Assembly: GCA_013265495.1 (NCBI GenBank)
Contig: MU058824.1
Span: forward strand, 1,205,111-1,269,110
Length of the DNA: 64,000 bases
Source: Vicugna vicugna
Lineage: Eukaryota
Direction: 5' to 3'
Part shown: positions 37,790-49,271 of the stretch, piece after piece
Layout: each line of letters begins with the position of its first letter
How positions within the stretch are numbered: position 1 is the first letter of the stretch
Program-made: the position numbers and the translations under genes
The notes under the pieces: model-generated
Told to the model about the DNA's origin: nothing
Database searches by the model: none
The model's input: only the letters and a program-made list of their open reading frames with translations

Positions 37790-39620
37790 CAACTGCCCTA
37801 TCGTCTCTCCCCTCATAGCTAAGTGTTTTGAAGGATCACCTATACTTGCTTCTCTGTTTCCACACCTCCCATCTACTCTGTAACCAACTAGAATCTTGTT
37901 GGTGTCCCTCCACGCTACAGAAATGCTTTCCTCTAGTTTCTCAATCTGAACGAACCCTTTAGGTCTTCCGATGGGCCTCTTAGCGGCTGTCGGTTGGCAC
38001 TGTTGGCTGCTACCCTGCTTGGTGCTCTTTATTCCTCTCTGATGACGGCTTCTCAGTTTCCTTCTTGTATTTCAGTTCCTTTTTGTTTTTGCTCCTCACA
38101 GTCCAATCTCTTCTCACCATACAGATTCTCTTTTGGGAATCCTACCAACTCCAACCCAGTTGCCATGGCTCTGCTGAAGACCCCCAAGTCTCTGTCTCTA
38201 GACCAGACCCCCTGCAGAGTTGCAGCCCTTCAGATTCTATTTCCTTCCAGTGGTCTCCACCCAGATATCTGACAGATACTGCAGACTCACTACGCCCCAC
38301 GGTGAGTTCCTGATCAGTGGACATGATAGGAAACGTGTTTCTGTTGTCTGCCAAGCCCATGCCTTGTTCTTTGAAAGTGTCCCCACAAGACTTGCTAAAA
38401 AGAGTGACCTTAGGCCATTCAATCTCATTCTCTTGGCTGCTCTAGATTTGGCCAGGAGTAGGCCACTGACCGCAGATGATCCATGTAGACTATCTCTCCT
38501 AAGATTCTGAACGGAATCAGGCAGTGCTGGGCTGTGCAGCACTAAGATCACACAGAGTTGGGGCCAGGATCAGTGCCAAGGCAACCCAAAGCCATGTGCA
38601 CGCTTTGCAGATGTAACCTACGTCCATGTTCTGGGGTGGTGGGGGGAGGGAAGGCAGGAAGAAAGCACTTTGCTGAGGCTGATCTGTAGAGACAGTGGAA
38701 CAGACTAATAGCACAGACAAGAGCCCAGAGGCTCGCTGTACTTCCTGCAAGTGAGTTCCATGAGGCTCCCAGGATTACCTGAACAAAATCTTCACTTATG
38801 CTGGTAAAGGAACAGGATGCGAGTTTCTAGGCTTAGCACAAAATGATCCGTGGAAAGCGGTCTATCACCACTCAAGTACCTAGGCAGAAACCTGGGCATC
38901 ATGCCTGATGACCCCCATCCTCACAGTGACCAGATGTGTCACTCCTGCCTCCTTTTATTTCTCTCCCATCTGCCCACTTTTCTCCATGTTCACTGCTGGG
39001 ACCCTCGTTCAGATAGTACAGTAACCACCTAACTGCCCTTGGGTCCCCAGTCCTGTCACCTCTAATCTATTTGTACGTTATAAGCAAGATAATTTCTGAA
39101 ATGCCAATCTTACACACCCTTGTCTTGCTTAAGACCCTTCAGTGCTCCCCACCACTCAGTGAAAAAGGCCAAAGCCCCTGGAGTGGCTTACAGGTCCTTC
39201 ATGATTGACCTCGCCTTCTGCAGACTGTACATCTCCCTCCCCTGCCTTGAACTCCACTCCTTCAGCAAGACTGACACATTGGGAATTGGAGAAATGTAAG
39301 TGCTCGCCCTTGCTTCCTTCGGTTCCATATTCTCTCTGCCTGGGACTCCCACTCTCCTCCCCCTCCCTGGCCCTCTCCTGCTCTCAACTGTCCTTTAGGT
39401 CTTGATTTAGAGGTCATTTCCTCCAAAGAAGGTAGACTTCTTTGGCCTTTCAAGCACCCTGTGTTTGCCTCGCCCAAACAACTTATCACACTGCACTGGA
39501 ATGACCTACTTTCTGTTCACCTCTCGCGCAAGTCTACACGCATCTTGAGGGGAGGAACTGTGTGCCAAGCACAAGGCCTGGCACATGGTAAACACACAGG
39601 CAGCATCTGCAGGGTAAATG
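37790..39620 (+). mobile_element. Fragmented L2 element(s)
   Basis: Pyrimidine-rich L2 tracts (CTTGCTTAAGACCCTTCAGTGCTCCCCA; GCCTGGCACATGGTAAACAC), interrupted by other sequence. Confidence 0.55.
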
Positions 39621-39636
39621 CATGCATAGTACTTAC

Positions 39637-39696
39637 TGCAGGCCTGCCGTAACTGACACTTGAAACAGACATCAGAGGCAGCTGAGGCTGATGAGG
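39637..39696 (-). CDS. COL15A1: COL15A1 exon (~39), hinge: PHQPQLPLMSVSSVSYGRPA
   Basis: Pyrimidine tract plus AG, donor GTAAGT, 60 nt; same length and position as human PHQLLPPPNPISSANYEKPA. Confidence 0.9.
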
Positions 39697-40402
39697 CTGT
39701 TACGTAAAAGAAGAAAAACAAACAGTCCTGAGTATGTATTCAGTCTTGTCTTCAGCATACATTTCTTGAGAAGCTGCTTTAAACAGTCTGTCATGGGCTT
39801 TGGACCACGCTCTACTGTGAAGAGTTTTATGCACGCATGAAAAATGATCCTCTGAAAGGGAGGGGATATTCTCAAGACTTAGAAATCAAGGAAGCAGAAG
39901 CCCCATGTTTTACCACCAACTCATTCACTTAATAGAGCAAGGCACCTCTTCAGAGCCTCAGCTTCCTCACATGCAAATCGAGAATGACAGTACCTGCCTC
40001 AAAAGGTAGCTGTCGGGTTAAAAAAGTAGACGATGTAAGTTGCTGGTGTTCTTATCAGGCAAGGAAGTCTCTGTGCCAAATATTAAAGGGTTCTTCTAGA
40101 TTGCTTATGCAAACTATGATTTCACAGATACATAAACTGAGGCCGAGAGAAGGGAAGTCCCTTGCCCAAGAGGATTCAGCCACAACGTGGGACCAGCAGG
40201 TCTTCAGCCTCTAGGTCCGGTTCTCCCTCCATCTATTGTGAGAACATTCTGTTGGCACTTGGTAATTTCTGGGCTTCTGCCAGACAGCGAACCACACAGA
40301 GCTGGCTGTCTAGAGTCTGGAGAGCTTAATACTGTTTCCAAGGGGGACCCAGTACATGCTGATGAATGAAGGAGCCAGAGGTAAAGCAGGGAAGCCACTC
40401 AC

Positions 40403-40462
40403 ATTGCTGGAAAGTGCAGGGGGCGGAGGGCTGTCATCCGGGATGGGGATCAGCTCTCCCAG
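40403..40462 (-). CDS. COL15A1: COL15A1 exon (~38): LGELIPIPDDSPPPPALSSN
   Basis: AG/GTGAGT boundaries, 60 nt. Confidence 0.96.
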
Positions 40463-40494
40463 CTTTAAGGAAAAGTGGACATTGAAAAATGACA

Positions 40495-40497
40495 CAC

Positions 40498-40559
<62 letters not shown>

Positions 40560-40572
40560 AAGAAAGAAAAAG
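40495..40572 (+). mobile_element. Poly(A)59 tract, probable tail-only retroposon insertion
   Basis: CACC + A59 (40499-40557) + GAAA repeats, flanked by AAAATGACA at 40486-40494 and 40573-40581. Confidence 0.7.
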
Positions 40573-40697
40573 AAAATGACAAATCAACTACAAACCGTTT
40601 GCCTATTTTCAAAAGCGAAAAATGGCATTTACAGAAATGGACTGTTATTTTTAGGGGGTATTTGGAGGCAGTTTGTTAAAGGAAGTTTAAGAATTAC

Positions 40698-40826
40698 CTG
40701 TAACTTTTTCCAACCATCTCGGACACGAATGAAGAACTCGGTGCTGTCCCTCAGGTAGATGAACGTCCCTTCTATAACCAAATGCGCTTTCTGTAACATG
40801 TCATCCATGTTGCTCAAAGCTGTAAC
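40698..40826 (-). CDS. COL15A1: COL15A1 exon (~37), trimerization domain: VTALSNMDDMLQKAHLVIEGTFIYLRDSTEFFIRVRDGWKKLQ
   Basis: AG/GTAATT boundaries, 129 nt; multiplexin trimerization-domain sequence. Confidence 0.97.
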
Positions 40827-42158
40827 CTGTCAGATAATGTTAAATTCCAACACTGCAGTGAGCGTTAGAGCGGTACACAATTTGAAGAACTGGTCTCTTT
40901 GTAAAGTCAAATATGAGCCACCCCTTCCCAGTCATTGAAGAGGCTGACTGTGACTTAGAGAGACATATAACTTCATTAATAACCAAAAGACTTTCTCGCT
41001 GAGAAAACAAAAATATGCATTACTTGGAAACACAAACCTTAGTCACAATAAACAAAGTAAAACAAGGAAGACATTTAAAAACTGTAAACAGAGCTGGCTT
41101 TGTTGGGCGTTGGTATCGGTAAAATCATCATTAAGTTTTGCCCCTTCCATTTGTGTGAGCCGCACAGCGAGCGGACCTGACACTGTTAAACATGTTATAT
41201 GCACGCATGCTGCTCCTTAAAGAGTTTCAGATTGGTTTTCACTTGGAGTAAGAAATGCAAGTAAGTGAGCAATTCTGTTTAGGTCTTGAACCTTTTTTTT
41301 TTTTTTTTGGCATGGCTAGGTAGTTCCAATATTAAATACACAACAGAAAACGGTGGAGGAGGGTCTGCCGTTTCTCTGACCAGGAACTGCCAAAGATTAG
41401 ACGGGCATCTTGGCCTATCCATGCACAGAACATAGAAGTTGGAAAAATCGATCGAAAAGTATCAAGTCTTGGAGAAATACCAGCCAAGGGAGCTATTCTT
41501 TTTCTCCTCAAACGAGAATGATTTTAAAAACTTAATCTTCACCTCGCCTTGAAGATAATGACTTTTTGCATCCAAATGGCTTAGACATTCCCCAAAGGCA
41601 CCAAACATCAAAATTCCATCAATTGTTGGACAGTTCTTCATCTGGCAGCCAAAACCTCCAACTAAAATCCAGCAAAGACCAAAGAGCAGTCCTAAGACTC
41701 CTGACATCCTTAGGAGTTGTTTGCCCCTCTTCCTGTGCGTCACAATAACCTCTGTGCCACACCTGCTCCGGGGATCTGCAGGGCAACGGAGGTACGAGAA
41801 ACATCCTTTGGTAGAGTGGAGAAGGCTGAATCACCCAGGTGAAATGTGACCAGCACAGGACTCCTGGGATACTGTTTACACTTTTGTGCTTATGTCTTGT
41901 GATGTGATGCAACTCTAGGCAATTAAGGATTAGAAGGGTGCAATTTAAATCATAAATGATTTTGTAGTCTGTACCTTCTTAGTTAGTAAGTCATTCAAAG
42001 AGATGATAGATAACCTTCTTCTGGGGAATTTCACCCATTCTGTTGTCACAGAGGCCTAACTCCAACATAGAAGGTGTGCCAGCCCCTAAACACTGCAGCT
42101 AAAGCTCTAAGGAGACCCATGCAAAGCAGAAGGATGAAGACACGCTAATAACACTGAC

Positions 42159-42223
42159 CAGGTTTCTGGTTCCGGGAAGCCCTGGCTGTCCTGGAGGGCC
42201 AGGTGGACCTGGAAGGGCCACAG
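42159..42223 (-). CDS. COL15A1: COL15A1 exon (~36): (A)[21 protein letters not shown]
   Basis: AG/GTCAGT boundaries, 65 nt, phase 1-0; last collagenous segment. Confidence 0.96.
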
Positions 42224-42679
42224 CTAAGACAAAGGAGAGAAGAGAAGTTACCAAAAACACACTCTCTGCAACATGCCTCTGAGGTCAGCTGGTCACAGAG
42301 GGGAGTGTTCGCCACCCTACTCAGCGCTATAAAGCGCGGCACCTTTTAACCGACTCTTAGGAGCTCTGTGCCCAGCATATGACTCAGCCACACTGATGGC
42401 TTTAGGGCAGAGCTGAGATTCTTGATCGTAGCCCTGGATGAAGTCATGCCTTTTCGGCTTTAAAAGTGAATATATCCCTATTGTTACTGTTGTTTGTGTA
42501 AGTCAGTCTGAGTTGAGTTTTCTGTCACTTGCAACCCAAAATGCCCTGACTCATACAACTTACTTCTCCCAAGAGACAAGGAGGTCATTACTGAACAGAG
42601 GTAGCAGACTCAGAAAGAAGGAGAGAAGGTGTCAGGCTGTAGGAGAGCAGGGTAGGGGCCCTGGCCTTCCAGCCAGGAG

Positions 42680-43200
42680 ACTCGAGTCTCTGATCTGCCT
42701 ATTCTTAGCAGTGTGACTTGGGGCGGCAACAAGCCCCCTGAACCCCAGCTTCCTCATCTGTGAAATGTAAACAGGTATTTCTTCTTCACTAGGCTGTGTT
42801 GAGATGTGAGACAAATACTAGCTAGGAATGCACTTTGCAAATTATACAGCATCCAACTAGAGGTTCTTAGCTTTTAAAGAATCACAGTGCCCTTTAAATC
42901 AGATCACTGCATGAGATTTTTCAGGTCACTGCAAGGGAGTCTGCAATTCTGACACAGGACTTGAAAATTCTTACATAGGTGGTGAAGGTCTAGTGGAGAG
43001 AGGGTCTGAGGACTTGGATTTGGACCCCAGCCGCGTCTCTTCCTAGTATTTGTGAACTTCAGCCAGTCTCTTAACCTCTCTGAGCTTCGGTGCCTTCATC
43101 CATGAAATGAGTTTTCTAATCTGATCCATTTCACCCCTCCCAGGGTTGCTGTGAAGATCAAATGGGATGATGGGTATGGGAGTGTTCTGTAAACTGTGAA
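42680..43200 (+). mobile_element. Two MIR SINEs
   Basis: GTGTGACTTGGG...CAGCTTCCTCATCTGTGAAATG and TTAACCTCTCTGAGCTTCGG...CAGGGTTGCTGTGAAGATCAAATG. Confidence 0.7.
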
Positions 43201-43459
43201 CTGCCATACAGGATGGGAAGGGCCATCCCTTTCAAAGCAGCAAGGAGCCCCGGGCCCCCAGCTTAGGGCTCCTGTGGACAAGAGTCTCTGCATCCTGTTC
43301 TCACCCTGCAATGCCCCTCAGGCTCCTGCACTTCCAAGTTTTTCCCTCAAGGTTGAACAGGCACCTATGGTTTTATCCACCCAGCACCTTCCTTCCTTAC
43401 AGGACCAGTAAGGATTCTCCTGAGATCTTCCCCTCACTCTACAACCATCCAGGTCCAGA

Positions 43460-43890
43460 AGGAGCTGTCACGTTCTCATGTGATTCAGCCTCCTGGCCAC
43501 AGGAGACTGGTCCAAGGTAGGGCATCTGGCCCAAGACAGGTCAACCAGAGTCCTTCCCCAGAACTACCCTACCCAGGACTTTTCAAACTGAAACTGAGAA
43601 GGGCGGCCAAAATTTCTGGATGACAGTGGGAGCCATCGGTTGTCAGTATTTCCTGCCATGCAGAGGATGTGGTCTGTGGCGAAGCAGCATGAGGCTGCCT
43701 TTGGAAAGAAGCTGAGAAAGAGATGGTCAGACAAACCTCGCAGGGGCTGAATCCCTGGGTCTGGCTGTACCTGAAGTCTCACTGCATGTCTGCCCTTCCT
43801 ATAGATGGACTGCCCACTGCCTCCTTCACATCCAGTAAGTTTCCCTTTTGCGTGAGCTAGTTTGAGTTTCATTTCTGTCACTTGCCCCAA
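43460..43890. mobile_element. MLT1-type MaLR LTR
   Basis: Terminal GAGCTAGTTTGAGTTTCATTTCTGTCACTTGC. Confidence 0.6.
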
Positions 43891-44029
43891 GTTCTCCCTG
43901 ATGCCCCAGACAACATAGGCCTCTTCCCTGGTGTACTTCCCCACACCTGGCTCCTGCCAACCCGAACAACCAAGAATGATGCCTTCAGGCTGTTACTGCT
44001 GCTACTGCTATTTCCACCACGGGCACCAT

Positions 44030-44260
44030 GGAAAGAACACAGGCTTTGGAGCTGCTCTGATCTGAGTCCTAATCCCCCTGGTGCCACTTATCAGCTGTGT
44101 GATCTTGGAAAGGTTCCTAAACAACTCTGGGTCTCACTTTACTCATCTGTAAAATGGGGATGCTAATATTTTCCTCAAAGGGCTTTGTGAGAATCCAGCA
44201 AAATAATGTAGTAGAGTGACCAGCAGAGTGCCTGACACTTGCTAAGTATTCAATAAATGG
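44030..44260 (+). mobile_element. MIR SINE
   Basis: TGCCACTTATCAGCTGTGTGATCTTGG...CTCATCTGTAAAATGGGGAT...GTGCCTGACAC. Confidence 0.8.
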
Positions 44261-44404
44261 AGATTTTCTATTTCACCCATTCATTTGAGGTAGTGAAATA
44301 CCAAGGAGTGAAGAAATTTTTACACAAAGGGCTAGAATCAATGCTGATCCTCAAGTTCCTTAAGGTCCAGGCATCGACAAAGCAGCCATGATGCTTCCAC
44401 CCAC

Positions 44405-45210
44405 ACATGAAAAGATGCTCAACATAATTAGTCTTTAGGGAAATGCGAACCAAAACCACAACGAGCTATCACTTCACATGAATGAACGATGTCTAGAATA
44501 AAAAAGATACAATAATAACAAATGTTGGTGACAATGAGGGGAAATTGGAATATTTGTACACCGCTAGTGGGAATGAAAAATGCTGCAGCCACTCTGGAAA
44601 ACAGTCTGGCAGTTCCTCCAAAAGCTAACTGCCAGACAGACTGTGACCCAAAAATTCCACCCCCAGGTACACATCCAAGAGAACTGACAACAGATGTCCA
44701 CACAAAAACTGGTACACGAACATTCAGAGGAGCGTCATTCACAGCAGCTGAAAAGTGGAAGCAACTCTGATGTCCATCCACTGATGAAAGAATAAACAAA
44801 TATGGCAGATCCATATGATGCAATGTTATTCAGCCATAAGAAGGAATGAAGCACTGATAGACGCTGCAATAGGGAGGAACTGTGAGAACATCACGCTGAG
44901 GGAAAGAAGTCAGACACAAAAGGTCACATATGGCCTGATTCCATGGACATGAAATGTTCAGAATAGGAAAATCCATAGAGATGGAAAGTAAATGAGGGGT
45001 TCCAAGGTCTGGGAGGAGGAGGAAAAGTGAAGTGGCTGCTAATTGGTACAGGGTTTCCTTCTGCAGTGATAAAAATATGTTCTGGAATTAGAGGTGATGG
45101 TTACACAGCCTTGTGAATACATTAAAAAACCACTGAACTGTACACTTTAAATGGGTGAATTTCACGGCATGTGAATTCTATCTCAATTTTTTTTAAAAAA
45201 AGAAAAGAAA
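44405..45210 (+). mobile_element. L1MB-type 3' end
   Basis: ATGAAAAGATGCTCAACAT...GCCACTCTGGAAAACAGTCTGGCAGTTCC...CCACTGAACTGTACACTTTAAATGGGTGAAT; A-rich end. Confidence 0.88.
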
Positions 45211-45304
45211 GAAGGCTCTATCGAGGAAACAGCCCTCAGTCGGACAGTGTGGCTCTAACATGCCACTCAGATGTGGTGACCCTGGGCACCACTACAGTAC
45301 TGAC

Positions 45305-45449
45305 CTGCTCCTAGGATAGCTGGAGGTCCTGGTGGCCCTGGGGGTCCTGGTGGCCCAGGGGAACCAGGCCTCCCAAAGCCAGGTGGACCAGGCAGGCCAG
45401 GAACACCCGGGGGTCCCTGGGGTCCGACGACAGTCTCCCCCTTCTGGCC
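45305..45449 (-). CDS. COL15A1: COL15A1 exon (~35): [48 protein letters not shown](A)
   Basis: AG/GTCAGT boundaries, 145 nt, phase 0-1. Confidence 0.97.
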
Positions 45450-46341
45450 CTGTCAAGGCAAGCGCACAGTAACAGAAGAGAGAAAATGCCATCGGTCATT
45501 AGAAGTCCTGTCTATTCTTTTTGTCAGGACATTTGTAAGAAATCAATTATCCCTCATCCTGGGCACACACCAGGCAGTGTAAGTCCTAAAGAGCAGCGGC
45601 CTGGTCACTATGCTGAATGACACAGCAGAGAAGCGCAGGGAGCCCTGGACTCATTGGGGTCCCTGCAGATCATTGGTCCAGGCTCGGCATTTCACAGGTG
45701 GAGAACTGGAGGCCTGGAGAGGGGCCAGGGTTTGCCCAAGCTCTCAAAGCAAATTAGCAGCAGGGCTGGCAGCAGAACCCTGATCTTCTGGCTTTGCTGG
45801 GTCTACGCTCCTGGCAAGCTCTGGGCCCAGACTTTGCTCACAGTCCCTGAGGGTCGATGATCTGGGTATAACCTCACTGGAGGCATAATCTGAGTTTCTC
45901 CTTTGTGACCTGGAGAAGCTTAACATCCTAAGAAGATCAAGCCTAAGGAAGGGCTCCTTCTCTGATGAAATTCAGAAGAATCAAGTAGCTCCCCTAAAAA
46001 TATCTCCCTCACTTTCCATTCTGCCACTAATATCTGATGTGTTTACCATCAATAACTTTGTGTTGAGAGAATGTTCCACCACTGAAATGAATAAGGCAGC
46101 ATGGCTAGTGATCTGGAGGTCACCTGCGTGCGCATGGACTTGGCCAGCTCCCTTCCTTCCATGGGCCTAGCCAGGCCCCCCAGCAGTTAGCAGCGATGGT
46201 GGGGAGATGTCCATGCCCAAGGCCTGCCTCCAGCTGTGGTGCTGGGACTGACCTGGCTCCCCAGCCATCTGGTCACACTGGGGGTCTTCAAGGAAAGCCA
46301 TGACTCGTCAAGGAAGAGAACATGGAGGGGTCACTACTCAC

Positions 46342-46443
46342 CACCGGGCCTGGGCTTCCCGGCAGGCCCGGAGGCCCTGACACGGAGAAGCCGCTGTTAG
46401 AGTCTCCCTTTTCTCCTTTGAACCCCCTGTCTTCATTCTCCCA
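46342..46443 (-). CDS. COL15A1: COL15A1 exon (~34): WENEDRGFKGEKGDSNSGFSVSGPPGLPGSPGPV
   Basis: ctgcttccag/GTGAGT boundaries, 102 nt, phase 0-0. Confidence 0.93.
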
Positions 46444-46540
46444 CTGGAAGCAGAGAACATTCCGTAAGTGTTGGACAAACCAGTCTCTGATACAAGCCTG
46501 AGAACACAGAAACACAGGCCAAATGCTGAGAAATGCCTAC

Positions 46541-46590
46541 CTTCAAGCTATTCAGAAAATGTCTCAGGTAAGTGGGATCCACAGGAGGGC
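46541..46590 (-). CDS. COL15A1: COL15A1 exon (~33): (G)PPVDPTYLRHFLNSLK
   Basis: tttttag/GTAGGC boundaries, 50 nt, phase 1-0. Confidence 0.96.
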
Positions 46591-46997
46591 CTAAAAAAGA
46601 AACGTTTTGTAACACGCACAATCAATCTCAGTCAAACACAAAAGCCTTCAAGCCGGCAACCATGCTGAGTTCCCAGCAGAAGTGACCCCACATGGGTTTA
46701 GCTGACAGAGGGGGCACTGGGCTCAGAAACGAGCCCTACAGCCTGGATCCCGAGACTTGAGCACGCCCCTGGCCCTCTCTGGGCTTTGCTCTGCATGTGA
46801 AGCTGGAAGGACTGGAACCTCTGGCCTCTCTTGACAATATTCCAACTTGAACATGTGTCACCCATGACTGGCTCTCTCTAAACTCCATGGAGCTTGCGGG
46901 CAGGGCGGGAATTTAATTATTAGCCTTACTTACTGGCTCAGTTGGATTTCTCAGAAACGAAAATCAAGGGCAAGACCCAGAACAAGAGTTGGGATAC

Positions 46998-47078
46998 CTG
47001 GTGGTCCCTGGGCCCCCTGGTCGCCTTTTTCTCCTTTTGAGCCGGGAAGACCCCAGGATCCTTTCTCTCCTTTAACAC
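46998..47078 (-). CDS. COL15A1: COL15A1 exon (~32): (G)VKGEKGSWGLPGSKGEKGDQGAQGPP(G)
   Basis: AG/GTATCC boundaries, 81 nt, phase 1-1. Confidence 0.96.
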
Positions 47079-48619
47079 CTGTCACCAAATGCACACACAT
47101 TAAAAAAAAAAAAAGATAGTGGAAAATCACCTGCATTCCACATAAAACATGTTTGAGCCAAGTTTTCAAACTGAGCCCCTTGAGCCACATTCTCACCCAA
47201 CAAAGGCCTATTAAGGGTATACAGTCCTTTGCTATGTGATGGCGAGGGCAGAGGCAGACGCAGCAGACGCAATTCCTGACCTTGAAAAGCTCTCGAGGAG
47301 ACAGACGCAGAGAGGTAGTATGAGGCAGGGCGGACTAAGTACTGCCCTCAAGGTACCAGAAGCACCATGGGAACCCGGCAGAGGCTACAGTTAAGTCTTT
47401 CTCCGACAGCTTCACTCGTGGCTTGAGACTCAACACCAAGTCAAGCTCCCAGTCCCATCTCACCTAGGCCTGTGCAGCACGGTGGTGTCAGGGGAGGAGA
47501 GGAATCTCCCAGGAGTGCTGCAGAGGATAACTAAGAATGCTAAGTATGCCACTTGCAAAGTTGGAAGGATGCCAACAGTGCAGTACTCCCCATAGGACTT
47601 GGAAGTAGCACCGTTTTTGCAGAACTGGCCTCACTGCCGCCCTCCCTTCTCCCCCAACTCTTTATCTGGGAGAAGGACTCAGAGTGGGGCTCCTGGGAGT
47701 ACAGTCTGGGAAGGGAAGCCATCCCCATTCCCCACCGGGATGAGTGGGTGGACACTAGATCTTTGAATTCCTGGTTCCTGAGAGAGATCAACCAACCAAC
47801 ATGTGCCTAGAGATGCGGTCACACAGCGTAGGCTCAGGCTTCCCCAGCATGGGGGAAGGAACGGAAGCGTCAGAGGCATGGGGGTCAGCGGAAGATGCAA
47901 CAGCATCTGGCAAGGCCTCATGGATGCTGGGGGAGCTGCCAGAGCTGGGACCTGGACAGCCAGGCCCGAGGGGCCTCCACCCGCCCACAGTGAGACCACA
48001 GACTGTGGTGAGGCCCAGAGGAGAGGACGGCAAGCTCACCACCCTCCATGTGGCTGCTCACCCCAGGGAGCAGGAGGAACGGCTCACAAGCAAGTAGGAT
48101 GACAATGGGGTCATGGGGTCTAGAAAGGTCTGTTCCCTCTCTCTCCCCTCAGAGGGACCCGCAGGGAAGGGGAAACACTGGGGATCTGAGAGAGCAAGTC
48201 CAGCTCCACCCCCTCACCCCGAGGTCCACCTTGCACCAGGGGAAGGGAGAGTCTCACATTGGGTGGGGTCTGAGGGTGGAGTTTGGGAACAGCCCGGACA
48301 CTGTAACTAAAAGTGACCCTAAGACTATGAAGCCACATACCATCAGGGACACCACTACCTGGCAGGCTGGGGGTGACACAGCCAAGCCAGAGGTCAGTAC
48401 TGGGGGGAGAAAAGGCCTTTCCCTGTATAAACTGCCAGTGTTCAGACTTCTCAATCAAAGGGGCACACATGGTGTGACAGGGCGTGTGGGGATGGGGGAC
48501 CATCATCACTGCTTACCTGCGGGCTCCTGTCTCCTGGCCTATCCCCACCTGATGTGTGGTAGATCAGGCCGAGATCAGGCTGATGTTTACTGATCAGACA
48601 CTCAGGGCCAGAACGTCTC

Positions 48620-48760
48620 ACACTGTACAGCGCATACACCTCAGCAGGGAGCTTGTGAAAACGCAGCTTCTGACCCGGCGGGTCTGGGACATGGCCCGAG
48701 ATTCTGCATTTCCAACAAGCTTCCCGGAGATGCTGATGCTGCTGGTCCAGGAACACTTGA
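48620..48760. mobile_element. MER5A-like relic
   Basis: GAGATTCTGCATTTCCAACAAGCTTCCCGGAGATGCTGATGCTGCTGGTCC. Confidence 0.75.
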
Positions 48761-49225
48761 AGCCAAGGCCTTCTGAGCTCCCATGGCCTCCCCTGCATTA
48801 GCTCTTGGTACACTGCATAGTAACAACTTTTTAGCAGTTTAACCCAGCAGAATCTAAGGGCCTAGGTGGCAGGAAGAGCAGGGGATCCATCTGTCTCAGC
48901 CCAGAGAGCGGGCAGCACCAAGCGAGGAGACACTATCTGGGACATGTTATGCACAAACTAACACACGAGTGGGAAAGTGGAGTGCTTCCTGCTAGCTAGG
49001 AGGCTCAGCTAAGACACGTGGAACAGGCAGAGGGGAGACGCAACCAAACAGAGGTGCCCGGTCCTGCTTCCTTGGTTCAGCTAACACCCCTCCCACCACA
49101 TGCAGACAGATCTTCCTGACCACCTAGTCTACGCCCAGCACTGGGCAAGTGGAGACCACCTTCTGCAGAGCTGTGAGGCTCAGGAAACATCCCAAAGAAA
49201 CATAAGGGGAAGAGGACATGTGTAC

Positions 49226-49271
49226 CATGAAAGGTGATGAGTTCTGAATTCCCAGGATGTGTGGTACCAAC
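49226..49271 (-). CDS. COL15A1: COL15A1 exon (~31): VGTTHPGNSELITFH(G)
   Basis: (CT)n-rich acceptor ending ccag, donor GTACAC, 46 nt (phase 0 to 1); matches human VDTAHPGSPELITFHG. Confidence 0.93.

Noticed and set aside
40310..40758. Poly-Lys and poly-Phe ORFs
   Set aside because: Translations of the intronic A59 tract
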